Below, one piece after another: positions 1 through 10,431 of a DNA stretch of 64,000 bases (position 1 is its first letter; each line of letters opens with the position of its first letter). The stretch covers positions 60,837 through 124,836 of the forward strand of contig JAFSGG010000042.1 in NCBI GenBank assembly GCA_017434775.1. Reading direction: 5' to 3'. This DNA comes from Clostridia bacterium. Its GTDB lineage: Bacteria; Bacillota; Clostridia; Christensenellales; Aristaeellaceae. A model generated the notes under the pieces. It had not been told where the DNA came from, made no database searches, and was given only the letters and a program-made list of their open reading frames with translations. Position numbers and translations under genes: made by a program.

Positions 1-766
1 GCATTTTGTCGGCCCGGAAGGCGGGTATCTGGCTTGCGGCGATACCGGGGCTGGCAGAATGAGCGAACCGGAAGCGATCTTTGATGCCATTTGCAGTATG
101 CTGTGCCCTGTACAGGATATGGCCGGGCTGAATGTGCTGGTCACGGCTGGTCCTACTCGGGAAGCGCTGGATCCTGTCCGTTACATTACCAATCATTCCA
201 GCGGCAAGATGGGCTATGCCGTTGCGGAAGCAGCCCGGAAGCGGGGCGCTAACGTGACGCTTTTGTCCGGCCCGGTGCAGCTGAATGCGCCGGAGGGCGT
301 GCAGGTGGTGGATGTAACATCCACGCAGGATCTGTATGACCGGATGATGGAATATTGTGAAAAGCAGCATATTATCATTCAGGCGGCTGCTCCGGCAGAT
401 TTTACGCCTCTTTCCTTTGCGGAAGAGAAGATAAAAAAAGATGACGATGGCAACATAACGTTTATTATGAAGCAGACCCAGGATGTGGCACAGGCTGTTG
501 GTAAACGCAAACTGCCCGGACAGGTGCTCATTGGCTTTGCTGCAGAAACCGAAAAGGTGAATGAGCATGCAAAGAAGAAACTTGCCAAGAAGAACCTGGA
601 TATGATTGTGGCCAATGATGTAACAATGCCTGGAGCAGGCTTCAATGTGGATACCAATATTGTTACATTCATCACTGAAGATGGTATGGAAGATATGCCC
701 CAGCTATCCAAAGCAGATGTGGCTGAAAAACTGCTGGATCGCGCATTGAAACTCTATCGCAAATAA
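1..766 (+). CDS. coaBC: CoaBC (phosphopantothenoylcysteine decarboxylase / phosphopantothenate-cysteine ligase), 5' end cut by window edge
   Basis: The frame is open from nt 2. HFVGPEGGYLACGDTGAGRMSEPEAI is the end of the CoaC domain. A full CoaB domain follows (VLVTAGPTREALDPVRYITNHSSGKMG ... DMIVANDV). Confidence 0.85.
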   Translation, partial: HFVGPEGGYLACGDTGAGRMSEPEAIFDAICSMLCPVQDMAGLNVLVTAGPTREALDPVRYITNHSSGKMGYAVAEAARKRGANVTLLSGPVQLNAPEGVQVVDVTSTQDLYDRMMEYCEKQHIIIQAAAPADFTPLSFAEEKIKKDDDGNITFIMKQTQDVAQAVGKRKLPGQVLIGFAAETEKVNEHAKKKLAKKNLDMIVANDVTMPGAGFNVDTNIVTFITEDGMEDMPQLSKADVAEKLLDRALKLYRK

Positions 767-778
767 GGAGGCGGAAAG

Positions 779-3001
779 GTGTACGCGGAGATCATCGTGG
801 ATATAGCTGCGGAACAGGTCGATCGTGTATTCACCTATGCCGTTCCGGCGGATATGGCATTGCAGCCCGGCATGCGGGTGGAAGTGCCCTTTGGCCGGAT
901 GACAAAAGAAGGGTTTGTGATCCGCCTGAAAGAGACGGCGGATTATGACCCGGCAAAAATAAAAACCATTCTGTCAGCACCGGAAGATTACCCGGTGCTG
1001 CTGCCGCAATTAATGGCATTGGCAGAGGAAATCAAGCAAAGGCATCATTGCCCCTTGTGCGAGGCGCTCCGGCTGATGCTGCCGGCCGAAATGCGGGGCA
1101 ACAGAGTCAGAATCAAAACGGAAGAATATGTGCGTCTGACACTGACTTCGGATCAGGCGGAAGAAGCCATCGCCAAGGAAACACGCTCCAAAAAGCGCAA
1201 AATGATCCTGACCATATTGTCCGATGGCCAGCTGCATTCCATGGAAGAAATGCGGGTGTTGGTGAAGGATGCAAGGCAAGCCCTGTTATACCTTCGGAAT
1301 CGGGAGATGCTTGAATTCGTCACAGTAGAAAAACTGCGCTCTCCCTACGCCGGACAGATCGATGAAACGCTGGACAGAACCCTGACGACGGAACAGGAAG
1401 AAGTGCTGGGGGAAATGATCCCTGCGCTGCAAAAAAACAGCAAACCTTATCTTCTACATGGCGTTACCGGTTCGGGCAAAACGGAAGTATATATCCGTCT
1501 GGTGCGGGAAGCGGTGAAAATGGGCAAAGGCGCCATCATTCTGGTGCCGGAAATTGTACTGACGCCGCAGATGATCCAATGGTTCAAAGCCCGGTTCGGA
1601 GACAGCATGGCGGTGCTTCATTCCCGTTTGTCAGCCGGTGAGCGGTTTGATGAATGGCGACGAATACGTTTTGGACAAGCCCGAATTGTGATTGGTGCAA
1701 GGTCTGCCGTATTTGCGCCGGTGGAAAACCTGGGAGTCATCATCGTGGATGAGGAGCATGAACAAAGCTACCTCTCCCAGAGCTTTCCCCAATACGATGC
1801 CCGTGAAATGGCCATTTCGCGCTGCAAAAGAGAAAGAGCCGTATGTGTGCTGGCCAGTGCCACGCCCAGCATCTATTCCTATGCCATGGCAAGACGGGGA
1901 GACTATATACTGCTGGAAATGCCTCATAGAATCTTAAATCGGCCGCTGCCGGAGATTGAACTGGTGGATATGCGCCAGGAACTGCGCATGGGCAACAAGA
2001 GCATGTTCTCCCGAACGCTGAAACAAAAGCTGGATGCATGCATTCATAGCGGACAGCAAGCCATGCTGTTTATCAACCGGCGCGGTTATGCATCTTCGGT
2101 CAATTGCCGTAAATGCGGTGAAACCATTCGCTGCTCCCGCTGTGATGTGAGCATGACCTATCACAGTTTTGACAAAACCATCCGCTGCCACTATTGCGGT
2201 GCGATTTTCCCCGTGCCCAAGGTATGCCCTTCCTGTGAGAGCACTTATATAAAGCCGATGGGTACCGGTACCCAGAAAGTGGAGGAAGAACTGAAAAAGC
2301 TCTATCCCGGTGTGGGGATTATTCGCATGGACATGGATACCACCACGGAAAAGAATGCTCATTTTGAACTGGTGAATCAATTCCGGGCCGGGAAAGCCCA
2401 GATATTGCTGGGCACCCAGATGATTGCCAAAGGTCTGGATTTTCCCCAGGTGACGCTGGTTGGCGCTGTGATGGCGGATATGAGCCTGAATTTTCCGGAT
2501 TACCGGGCAGCGGAAAGGACCTTCCAGCTGCTGGTGCAGGTGGCTGGGCGTGCCGGCCGGGGAGAAAAACCGGGCCAGGTGGTGATCCAGAGTTATCAGC
2601 CGGAACATTATGCTCTTCAAGCCGCTGTAAAACAGGATTACAGGTTGTTTTTCGCCCAGGAATTTGACCGGCGGAAGAAAGCGTTGTACCCGCCCTTTAC
2701 GCTGATGGTGCGTTTTCTGTGCGATTCGAAAACCATGGAAGATGCATGGGAAACGGCAGAGGCAATAAAGAAAGAAATCGAAGTACGTTTTTCGGATACG
2801 CCTCTTTGGCGGCGCGTGCTCTATATTCGGGCAGACGAAGCGCCCATCAACAGGATTCAGGATCGTTGCCGCGCTCAGGTGCTGATGAAATTGCTCAATC
2901 ATCCGGACACGGATCAAATGCTGGAAACCTTTCAGGACATGGCAAGAATGGACAGAAAAGCCCATACGGTATTGGAGATTAACCCATCATCCCTTGCATA
3001 A
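779..3001 (+). CDS. priA: Primosomal protein N' (replication restart helicase PriA)
   Basis: GTG start 7 nt after AAGGAGG. Walker A GVTGSGKTEVY, DEEH box, Cys4 zinc-binding insert (CRKCGETIRCSRCDVSMTYH...CHYCG...CPSC). Confidence 0.9.
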   Translation: MYAEIIVDIAAEQVDRVFTYAVPADMALQPGMRVEVPFGRMTKEGFVIRLKETADYDPAKIKTILSAPEDYPVLLPQLMALAEEIKQRHHCPLCEALRLMLPAEMRGNRVRIKTEEYVRLTLTSDQAEEAIAKETRSKKRKMILTILSDGQLHSMEEMRVLVKDARQALLYLRNREMLEFVTVEKLRSPYAGQIDETLDRTLTTEQEEVLGEMIPALQKNSKPYLLHGVTGSGKTEVYIRLVREAVKMGKGAIILVPEIVLTPQMIQWFKARFGDSMAVLHSRLSAGERFDEWRRIRFGQARIVIGARSAVFAPVENLGVIIVDEEHEQSYLSQSFPQYDAREMAISRCKRERAVCVLASATPSIYSYAMARRGDYILLEMPHRILNRPLPEIELVDMRQELRMGNKSMFSRTLKQKLDACIHSGQQAMLFINRRGYASSVNCRKCGETIRCSRCDVSMTYHSFDKTIRCHYCGAIFPVPKVCPSCESTYIKPMGTGTQKVEEELKKLYPGVGIIRMDMDTTTEKNAHFELVNQFRAGKAQILLGTQMIAKGLDFPQVTLVGAVMADMSLNFPDYRAAERTFQLLVQVAGRAGRGEKPGQVVIQSYQPEHYALQAAVKQDYRLFFAQEFDRRKKALYPPFTLMVRFLCDSKTMEDAWETAEAIKKEIEVRFSDTPLWRRVLYIRADEAPINRIQDRCRAQVLMKLLNHPDTDQMLETFQDMARMDRKAHTVLEINPSSLA

Positions 3002-3019
3002 ATCAGGAGGAAAGAAACA

Positions 3020-3481
3020 ATGATTCGCAAAATTATTACGCTGGGCAATGAGACGCTGCGGAAAGTCAGCAACCCCATCAAAAAGTTTGATTTGCGGCTG
3101 TGGCTGCTACTTCGCGATATGGCAGAAACCATGTACGACGCCAATGGCGTGGGCCTTGCCGCCCCTCAGGTGGGCATTTTGCGCCGTGTGGTTGTGATTG
3201 ATGTAGGGGAAGGGATCATTGAACTGGTAAACCCCGAAATCATTGCTACGGAAGGGGAACAGGCCGGGCCTGAAGGCTGCCTGAGTGTGCCCGGACGTCA
3301 GGGGTATGTACGGCGCCCCAATAAGGTTACGGTGCGCGCTTTTGACCGCAAGGGTAAGCCGTTTGAAATCACCGGTGAAGGCCTGCTGGCCCGTGCGTTC
3401 TGCCATGAGATCGATCATCTGGATGGTCGTGTATATGTAGATGTTATGGATCACGAAATTTTCCAGGACGAGGAGGAATAA
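3020..3481 (+). CDS. def: Peptide deformylase
   Basis: [18 protein letters not shown] and HEIDHLDG motifs; sits in the conserved def-fmt pair. Confidence 0.95.
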   Translation: MIRKIITLGNETLRKVSNPIKKFDLRLWLLLRDMAETMYDANGVGLAAPQVGILRRVVVIDVGEGIIELVNPEIIATEGEQAGPEGCLSVPGRQGYVRRPNKVTVRAFDRKGKPFEITGEGLLARAFCHEIDHLDGRVYVDVMDHEIFQDEEE

Positions 3482-3484
3482 GCC

Positions 3485-4432
3485 TTGCGCATCGTTTTTC
3501 TTGGCACACCGGACTTTGGCGTTCCTTCCCTGGAAGCGCTGATCCGGGAAGGACATGAAGTGGTGGCCGCTTTTACTCAGCCGGACAGGCCTAAAGGCCG
3601 TGGAAAGAAGATGGAAAGCTGCCCAGTAAAAGTATGCGCTCTTGCCCATGATATTCCGGTTTATCAGCCGGTAAAGATTCGGCAGGAAAGCGTGGAAGAC
3701 TTAAAAGCATTGGCGCCTGATCTGTGCGTTACGGCTGCTTTCGGCCAGATCCTGTCCCAGGAAATACTGGATATTCCGCGCATTGGTACAGTGAATGTGC
3801 ATTCCTCTCTTCTGCCCAAATACCGCGGTTCATCGCCCATTAACTGGGCCGTCATCTGCGGCGAAACCGTCACCGGTGTAACCACCATGATGACGGATAA
3901 GGGCATGGATACAGGTGATATTCTGCTGCAGAAAGAAGTGGAAATTCTTCCCGGAGAAACGGCTGGAGAGTTGACGGACAGGCTGGCAGTTATTGGCGCC
4001 GATCTTCTGATCGAAACCATCCGTCAGCTGGAAAAGGGTATTTGCCCCCGGGTTCCGCAAGATCATGAAAAAATGAGCTATTATCCTATGCTGAAAAAGG
4101 AAATGGGGCTGGTTGATTGGCAGATGGATGCACATGATATTGTTTGCCGCATCCGTGGTTTGTCTCCCTGGCCGGGCACGTATACTTTTGTAAAGGGCGA
4201 AATGCTGAAAATCTGGCAGGGAATGGAAGAAGAAGCAACTACCGGTCTGCCCGGTGATATTCTGGAAGCGGACAGCAAAAAAGGATTGCTGGTTAAAGCC
4301 GGAAAAAACGCCGTGCGTGTGCATGAACTGCAGGCGCAGGGCGGTAAGCGGATGAAAGCGACAGATTACCTGCGCGGTCATCCCATTACTGTCAATGCAT
4401 GTGATAAGAACGAGGAAATGAGACATGAGTGA
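3485..4432 (+). CDS. fmt: Methionyl-tRNA formyltransferase
   Basis: MRIVFLGTPDFGVPSLEAL N-terminus and the NVHSSLLPKYRGSSPINWAV motif; TTG start. Confidence 0.95.
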   Translation: MRIVFLGTPDFGVPSLEALIREGHEVVAAFTQPDRPKGRGKKMESCPVKVCALAHDIPVYQPVKIRQESVEDLKALAPDLCVTAAFGQILSQEILDIPRIGTVNVHSSLLPKYRGSSPINWAVICGETVTGVTTMMTDKGMDTGDILLQKEVEILPGETAGELTDRLAVIGADLLIETIRQLEKGICPRVPQDHEKMSYYPMLKKEMGLVDWQMDAHDIVCRIRGLSPWPGTYTFVKGEMLKIWQGMEEEATTGLPGDILEADSKKGLLVKAGKNAVRVHELQAQGGKRMKATDYLRGHPITVNACDKNEEMRHE

Positions 4433-6065
4433 AAAAAAGCCCTTTAATGGCTCGAAGAAACAGGACACCGGGTTCAGGAAGACTTCTGATAAACCAGGTT
4501 TCAGGAAAGACGGCCATAAAAAAGACGGATCCCGCAGCGCAGATGATAAAAAAACCGGCATTAAAAAAGATGGTTTTCGCCGTGATGCAGAAAAAAAAGA
4601 CGGCTACAAAAAAGATGGGTTCCGCAAGAATGATTTCCGTAAAAATGACGCTCCGCGCGGCGGTGGTATAAGGCGTGATTTTGTAAAACCGCATGCTGAA
4701 GCGCCTGAAAAAACCAGGGAAGAAATGCCTACTACCAACGCCCGGAAAGTGGCTTTGCAGATTTTCCGGGACGTGGTGCGAAAGGATGCATATGCTGCGC
4801 TGTCTTTGGACGAACAGCTGAAGAACGCCAATCTTACCCAACTGGACAAGCGTTTTTGCGCCAGCATAGTTTACCGCACCATTGAAAACCTGATCCGCAT
4901 CGACTATGCGCTCAGTTTCTATCTGAAGGATGAACAGAAGCTGGAAGAACAGGTAAAGGATATTCTGCGCATCAGCGCCTGTCAGCTTTTGTTCCACGAC
5001 CGGATTCCTGCCAACGCTATTGTGGATGAAGCCGTGAAGCTGACCCGCATGCTTGGACTGGAAGGCCTGACCGGCGTCACCAATGCCGTGCTTCGCTCCA
5101 TGGTGCGGGAACCGGAACGGGTGCAGTGGCCCAAGCCTGAAGAAGGGGCAAAATATCTGTCCATCATGTTCTCGGTGCCGTTGTGGCTGGCAGAAAGGCT
5201 GGTGGAAGCCTACGGTGAAACGGAAGCGCTGAAAATATGCTCCTACCGCAGCGAAAGTCACTATATGGTAATTCGGCCCAATCTTTCCAAGATGGACGAT
5301 GCGGCCTTTGAAAAGCTTTTGGAAAAGAAAGTCTGGGAAAAGGAGCCTGGCCTTGTGCCTCACGCATACCGGGTGCGCATGGCGTCCGAAATTGCCCGGG
5401 ATGCGGATTATCTGGGCGGTAATTTCTCCATCCAGGGGGAAAGCAGCATGCTTTCTGCCCAGGTATTGGATGTAAAGCCAGGCATGCAGGTGCTGGATTG
5501 CTGCGCGGCTCCCGGCGGCAAGACGGCCTATATAGCAGAAAGTATGAACGGTACAGGCCGTGTGTATGCCTGGGATCTGCACGAGCATCGTGTCACGCTG
5601 ATCCGTGCCATGGCTAAGCGGCTGAAACTGGATAATGTACGCCCCGTTGTGCGTGATGCCACCCAGCTGAAGGAAGAATTGATCAGCAGCATGGATGCGG
5701 TGATGCTGGATGCGCCTTGTTCCGGTTTGGGTGTGATGGATAATAAACCGGATATTAAATACCGCGCCACGCTGGAATCCGTTAAGGAACTGGTGGGGAT
5801 TCAGGAAAAACTGCTGGACACCTGTTGCCGGTACGTAAAGCGTGGCGGCTATATGGTGTATTCCACCTGCAGCATGCTTCCGGAAGAAAATGAAGGGCAA
5901 ATCAAGGCATTTCTGGAAAGACATCCTGAATTTGTGCTGGCGCCCTTGCCCCATACTGTTCCGGAAAAATTCCGTGCACAGTACGGCGAAAACGGCTTGC
6001 AGCTGTTGCCGCACCGGGATGAAATCGAAGGATTCTTTATTGCAAAACTGCGCAGGGTGAAATAA
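4425..6065 (+). CDS. rsmB: 16S rRNA (cytosine967-C5)-methyltransferase RsmB with a ~100-aa Lys/Asp/Gly-rich N-terminal extension
   Basis: NusB-like domain (ARKVALQIFRDV...) plus a NOL1/NOP2/Sun methyltransferase core (DCCAAPGGKT, DAPCSGLGV, YSTCS). ATG 4425 has a GAGGA SD and overlaps the fmt stop. The alternative start is ATG 4725. Confidence 0.85.
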   Translation: MSEKKPFNGSKKQDTGFRKTSDKPGFRKDGHKKDGSRSADDKKTGIKKDGFRRDAEKKDGYKKDGFRKNDFRKNDAPRGGGIRRDFVKPHAEAPEKTREEMPTTNARKVALQIFRDVVRKDAYAALSLDEQLKNANLTQLDKRFCASIVYRTIENLIRIDYALSFYLKDEQKLEEQVKDILRISACQLLFHDRIPANAIVDEAVKLTRMLGLEGLTGVTNAVLRSMVREPERVQWPKPEEGAKYLSIMFSVPLWLAERLVEAYGETEALKICSYRSESHYMVIRPNLSKMDDAAFEKLLEKKVWEKEPGLVPHAYRVRMASEIARDADYLGGNFSIQGESSMLSAQVLDVKPGMQVLDCCAAPGGKTAYIAESMNGTGRVYAWDLHEHRVTLIRAMAKRLKLDNVRPVVRDATQLKEELISSMDAVMLDAPCSGLGVMDNKPDIKYRATLESVKELVGIQEKLLDTCCRYVKRGGYMVYSTCSMLPEENEGQIKAFLERHPEFVLAPLPHTVPEKFRAQYGENGLQLLPHRDEIEGFFIAKLRRVK

Positions 6066-6066
6066 G

Positions 6067-7104
6067 ATGATAGAATATCTGGGGCTGTTTCCGGAAGAAA
6101 TAAAACAAAATATGGAACAGATGGGGGAAAAAGCATTCCGGGCAAAACAGGTTTTTTCCTGGCTGCATAAAGGGGCATCGTTTGACGAGATGACGAACCT
6201 CTCTGTTTCTCTGCGCGAAAAACTGAAGGAAAATGGCGTTGATCAGCCTGTCAGTATCCAGAGTGTTCATGAATCCAAGCTGGACGGCACCAAGAAATTC
6301 CTCTTTGCCCTGCGGGATGGAAACTGTATTGAAGGCGTTTTGATGCGTTATCATTACGGCTGCACGTTGTGTGTATCCACTCAGGTTGGCTGCCGGATGG
6401 GCTGCCTGTTCTGTGCCAGCACGCTGGATGGCTGTGTGCGGAATTTAACCGCAGCGGAAATCCTGGGCCAGGTGATGTGCGCCAACAGCACACTACCGGC
6501 TGGGGAACGTGTGCACAATATTGTGCTGATGGGCAGTGGTGAACCTTTTGATAATTATGACAATGTGATCCGCTTTCTAAAGCTGGTATCTCATCCGGAA
6601 GGGCTCAATATCAGTCTGCGCCATATCAGTCTATCCACATGCGGCCTGATTGAAAAAATCAGGCAGTTTGCAGATGAGAATCTGCCGGTTACGCTTTCTC
6701 TTTCTTTGCATGCACCCAATGATGAAATACGAAAAAAGATCATGCCCATCGCCAAGCGATATTCCATTCGGGAAACGATTGATGCCTGTAAGTATTATCT
6801 GGAGAAAACGGGAAGACGCATTGTATTTGAATATGCATTGATTGATGGTGTGAATGCTGATGAAAGGCAAGCTAATGAGCTGGCCGATCTGATCCGGGGA
6901 ATGCAATGCCATGTAAATCTGATTCCTCTCAATACCGTAAAAGAAAGAAACCTGAACGGCGTCAGTGGTAAACAGGTTCAGGCATTCCTGGACACATTGG
7001 AAAAACGGCACATTTCGGCCACACGACGCCGTGAAATGGGCGATGATATTGAGGGGGCCTGCGGACAGCTGAGAAAGAAAGTATTGGAGGAGGGAAAGAA
7101 ATGA
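6067..7104 (+). CDS. rlmN: 23S rRNA/tRNA (adenine-C2)-methyltransferase RlmN (radical SAM)
   Basis: CxxxCxxC radical SAM motif (GCRMGCLFCAS), the MGSGEP motif and a C-terminal GACGQL. Confidence 0.9.
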   Translation: MIEYLGLFPEEIKQNMEQMGEKAFRAKQVFSWLHKGASFDEMTNLSVSLREKLKENGVDQPVSIQSVHESKLDGTKKFLFALRDGNCIEGVLMRYHYGCTLCVSTQVGCRMGCLFCASTLDGCVRNLTAAEILGQVMCANSTLPAGERVHNIVLMGSGEPFDNYDNVIRFLKLVSHPEGLNISLRHISLSTCGLIEKIRQFADENLPVTLSLSLHAPNDEIRKKIMPIAKRYSIRETIDACKYYLEKTGRRIVFEYALIDGVNADERQANELADLIRGMQCHVNLIPLNTVKERNLNGVSGKQVQAFLDTLEKRHISATRRREMGDDIEGACGQLRKKVLEEGKK

Positions 7105-7805
7105 AAGTGATTTCCAAAACGCACATTGGCAATGTGCGAGCTTCCAATCAGGATTCCGTATTAAATGAAGAAAGCAGCCGTCTCTATGGTGTGGCAGATG
7201 GCATGGGCGGCCATAATGGCGGCGATATTGCCAGCCAGATGGCTGTATTGATGCTGCCGCGCATCCTTGAAAGCATGATGCCTTCGGAAGAAAACCTACA
7301 CGACGGTTTTCAGCAGGTGAATGCTTTGATCTTTGAGGAGCAAAAGAAAGATGCAGTGCTTTCCGGAATGGGCACCACATTGACCGTACTCTGGGAAAAA
7401 GAGAATTCCATTGTTCTGGGGCATATTGGCGACAGCAGAGCATATCGTATGCGCAAAGGTAAAATTGAGCAGCTGAGCACGGATCATTCTGTGGTTGGCG
7501 AAATGGTGCGGGAAGGGCTGATTACGGAAGAACAGGCGCTGCAGCATCCTTACCGCAATGTGATTACCCAGGCGGTCGGTACGTCAGAAAGCCTGACCCC
7601 TGATATAAAAACAATCGAAAAGCAAAAAGGTGATAAATTCGTCCTCTGTTCCGACGGATTATACGAATATGTATCAAAAGAAGAAATGTGTGATCTGCTG
7701 ATGCGCTTTTCTCCTGAAGATGCTGCAGAACAGATGATTGAAAAAGCACTCGAAGAAGGCGGCAGGGATAATGTTACCGTGCTGATTGCGGAGGTGGCAT
7801 TATGA
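7101..7805 (+). CDS. stp: PP2C-family Ser/Thr phosphatase (Stp/PrpC)
   Basis: VADGMGGHNGGDIAS and LCSDGL motifs. ATGA overlap with rlmN, directly upstream of the PASTA kinase. Confidence 0.9.
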   Translation: MKVISKTHIGNVRASNQDSVLNEESSRLYGVADGMGGHNGGDIASQMAVLMLPRILESMMPSEENLHDGFQQVNALIFEEQKKDAVLSGMGTTLTVLWEKENSIVLGHIGDSRAYRMRKGKIEQLSTDHSVVGEMVREGLITEEQALQHPYRNVITQAVGTSESLTPDIKTIEKQKGDKFVLCSDGLYEYVSKEEMCDLLMRFSPEDAAEQMIEKALEEGGRDNVTVLIAEVAL

Positions 7806-9547
7806 TCGGAAAGATATTTGACAGCCGCTATGAATTGGTGGAGTTTATTGGCAAAGGCGGCATGGCGCTTGTTTACCGTGCCATTGACCAGCGAACCGGG
7901 CATAATGTGGCTGTAAAAATTCTTCGTCCCGAATATGCGCAGGATGAAGAATTTCTGGAACGCTTCGACCGGGAAGCCCAAACGGCCAGCAAGATGAGCC
8001 ATCATAATATTGTAAACCTTCTGGATATTGGCCAGGAAGGTGAATTGCGGTATCTGGTGATGGAATATGTGAACGGCCGCACATTGAAGGAAGTAATTCA
8101 GCAAAAGGGAGCTTTGCCGCCCACAGTAGCTGCGCAAATATGTATTCGTATTCTTTCTGCATTGCAGCATGCGCATGATAACGGCATCATTCATCGTGAT
8201 ATTAAATCGCAAAATATTCTGGTCAATGCCAATGGGCACATCAAAGTATCCGACTTTGGTATTGCGCGCGTTGCAGGCAGCAATACCATCAGCAAAACGG
8301 ATAATGTAATGGGATCGGTTCATTATTTCTCGCCGGAACAGGCAAAAGGGGAAGAAGTGGCCAACGGTAGTGATTTATACAGCGTGGGCGTTGTGCTGTA
8401 TGAAATGCTGACGGGCCAGCTGCCTTTTGACGGAGAAACACCGGTAGCTGTTGCCATGCAGCATATCGGCGCCAAACCCCGTTCAGTGATGGAACTGAAT
8501 CCTTCTGTGCAGCCTGCTTTTGCCCATGTAGTGGATAAGGCGCTGGCCAAGCATCTGGATAAGCGTTACGCCGATGCCGTTTCCATGGCGCAGGATATTA
8601 AGCGTGCTCTGGAAGAACCGGATGGCACTTGGCTGGGAAGGCTTCCGGACAAGAATCAGCCTGTAAAAGCCAAATACCAGGAAACACAGCCCAACGCCAT
8701 CACGTCAAAGCAGAAAACGGCAAAAGAAGTAAAGAAAAATGTATTCCGCTGGGTAGGAGTGTTTTGTGTAGCGGTCATTGCAATCGCTGTGATCATTGGC
8801 GGAAGTTTCCTGTTTTTTGATAATGTAATCAATGTGGCCAAAGCGCCGGACGTGCTGGACAAGACAGAAGAAAGCGCGATACGTGAATTGCAGAAGGAAG
8901 GCTTGAAATGGTATGTGGCAGGCCGAAAGAGTGATGATAACATACCTGCCGGTATCGTGATTATGCAGGAACCGCTGTGCGGAACGTCCATGAAAAAGGG
9001 CGAAACCGTTTATATCACTGTATCCACCGGCCCCCAAGTGCAGGAAGTGCCGGATATTGTGGGTAAAGATAAAGAAGAGGCTCATGACATGCTTGCCAAA
9101 TATGGCTTTGCCATGTTTGACGTGGAATATCGCACATCCGGGGAACCGTACGGAACTATTCTGGAGCAAACGCCGGAAGCCGGAGAATTGATGGAGAATG
9201 ATGATAAGACCATTCAGGTTGTGCTGAGCCGCGGGCCGCTGCAATTACCTAATTTCATTGGCATGAAGCAGGAAGATGCCATTGCGCAAATGACCCAGAT
9301 GGGCATGAGCCTTGAAAAAGTTGAGCCTATTTTTGTCGGGAATGAGGCGCAGCTGGATATTGGAAAAGTAGCTCAGCAGAAATTCATTGTCTATGATGAC
9401 AATAACACGCCGGTGGAATATGTGCCGGGAGATGTGTTGGTGGTTTCACCGAAGGTGATTCTGGCGGTTTATATGCTGAATGAAACACCGGATCCTGCTA
9501 CGATCGAAAATACAGTTCCACAAGGTGCAGAGGAGATCAATCAGTGA
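7802..9547 (+). CDS. prkC: Ser/Thr protein kinase PrkC/PknB with TM segment and three PASTA repeats
   Basis: Hanks kinase motifs (GKGGMALVY, HRDIKSQNIL, DFGIA), one TM helix (VGVFCVAVIAIAVIIGGSFLFF) and repeated PASTA-like modules. Confidence 0.9.
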   Translation: MIGKIFDSRYELVEFIGKGGMALVYRAIDQRTGHNVAVKILRPEYAQDEEFLERFDREAQTASKMSHHNIVNLLDIGQEGELRYLVMEYVNGRTLKEVIQQKGALPPTVAAQICIRILSALQHAHDNGIIHRDIKSQNILVNANGHIKVSDFGIARVAGSNTISKTDNVMGSVHYFSPEQAKGEEVANGSDLYSVGVVLYEMLTGQLPFDGETPVAVAMQHIGAKPRSVMELNPSVQPAFAHVVDKALAKHLDKRYADAVSMAQDIKRALEEPDGTWLGRLPDKNQPVKAKYQETQPNAITSKQKTAKEVKKNVFRWVGVFCVAVIAIAVIIGGSFLFFDNVINVAKAPDVLDKTEESAIRELQKEGLKWYVAGRKSDDNIPAGIVIMQEPLCGTSMKKGETVYITVSTGPQVQEVPDIVGKDKEEAHDMLAKYGFAMFDVEYRTSGEPYGTILEQTPEAGELMENDDKTIQVVLSRGPLQLPNFIGMKQEDAIAQMTQMGMSLEKVEPIFVGNEAQLDIGKVAQQKFIVYDDNNTPVEYVPGDVLVVSPKVILAVYMLNETPDPATIENTVPQGAEEINQ

Positions 9548-10431
9548 ACGAAGGAACAATCATTCGCGGACGGGGCGGTTTCTATACGGTCCTTGATGAT
9601 GAAAACAGGGAATTTGTATTGCGGGCTAAGAAGAAATTCCGTCGGATGCATATTTCTCCTCTGGTGGGCGATCGTATAACCTTTACGCCCGGGGAAATCA
9701 GCGATGAGCACGGCTGGGTGGAGGATATCCTGCCCAGAACCAGCCAATGTTTAAGACCGCCTGTGGCCAATGTTACCATGTTGTGTATTGTCGTATGTCC
9801 AAGCCCGGCACCTGATTGGCAGTTGGTAGATAAATTGATGATCTATGCTGTGCGGGAAAATATGAAGCCGGTATTAATTATCAACAAAACAGACGCTGAC
9901 GAGCAGCAGGAAACCGAAAAAATGGCACGGGATATGTATCGACAGGCGGATGTAGAGGTTTTTGGCGTAAGCGCATACACAGGCCACGGAACCGAAGAAT
10001 TGCTGAATCACTTCCATGGGCAGATATGCTGCTTTTCTGGGCAGTCCGGTGTTGGGAAGTCCACACTGCTTAATCGTTTATTTGGTTTGGAAGTGGAAAC
10101 CGGAGATATCAGCCGGAAGATCCAGCGCGGAAAAAATACCACGAGGCATGCGGAACTTTTCCGCTTTGGCGATATTTCGGTGATTGATACACCTGGCTTC
10201 AGTCTGCTGGAAATGGATACAATATTTGATCCGGTGTTGCTGCAGGATTATTATCCGGAATTCGCTGAATATAAAGGCCAATGCAAGTTTTCGCCCTGCT
10301 ATCATGCATCGGAGCCCGGATGCGCCGTGCTGGCAGATGAAAAAGCAGGGAAATTGAACCATCAGAGGATGGAACGTTACAGAGATTTACTGAAGGAATG
10401 CCGGGAAAACTGGAGGGAACGTTATGATTGA
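9544..10431 (+). CDS. rsgA: Ribosome small-subunit-dependent GTPase A (RsgA/CpgA)
   Basis: Circularly permuted GTPase (NKTD...GQSGVGKSTLLN...DTPGF) and a C-terminal Zn knuckle (CKFSPCYHASEPGCAV). Canonical position after prkC. Confidence 0.9.
   Translation: MNEGTIIRGRGGFYTVLDDENREFVLRAKKKFRRMHISPLVGDRITFTPGEISDEHGWVEDILPRTSQCLRPPVANVTMLCIVVCPSPAPDWQLVDKLMIYAVRENMKPVLIINKTDADEQQETEKMARDMYRQADVEVFGVSAYTGHGTEELLNHFHGQICCFSGQSGVGKSTLLNRLFGLEVETGDISRKIQRGKNTTRHAELFRFGDISVIDTPGFSLLEMDTIFDPVLLQDYYPEFAEYKGQCKFSPCYHASEPGCAVLADEKAGKLNHQRMERYRDLLKECRENWRERYD

Noticed and set aside
4392-6014. 540-aa ORF antisense to rsmB. Similar long antisense ORFs occur at 1934-2965, 15336-16217, 38029-39186, 44239-46260, 49168-50073 and 57590-58615.
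   Set aside because: Each lies exactly opposite a gene with unmistakable family motifs. Their translations are low-complexity (rich in H/F/G/R/Q) with no recognisable domain, SD or promoter. They are typical shadow frames of codon-biased genes.
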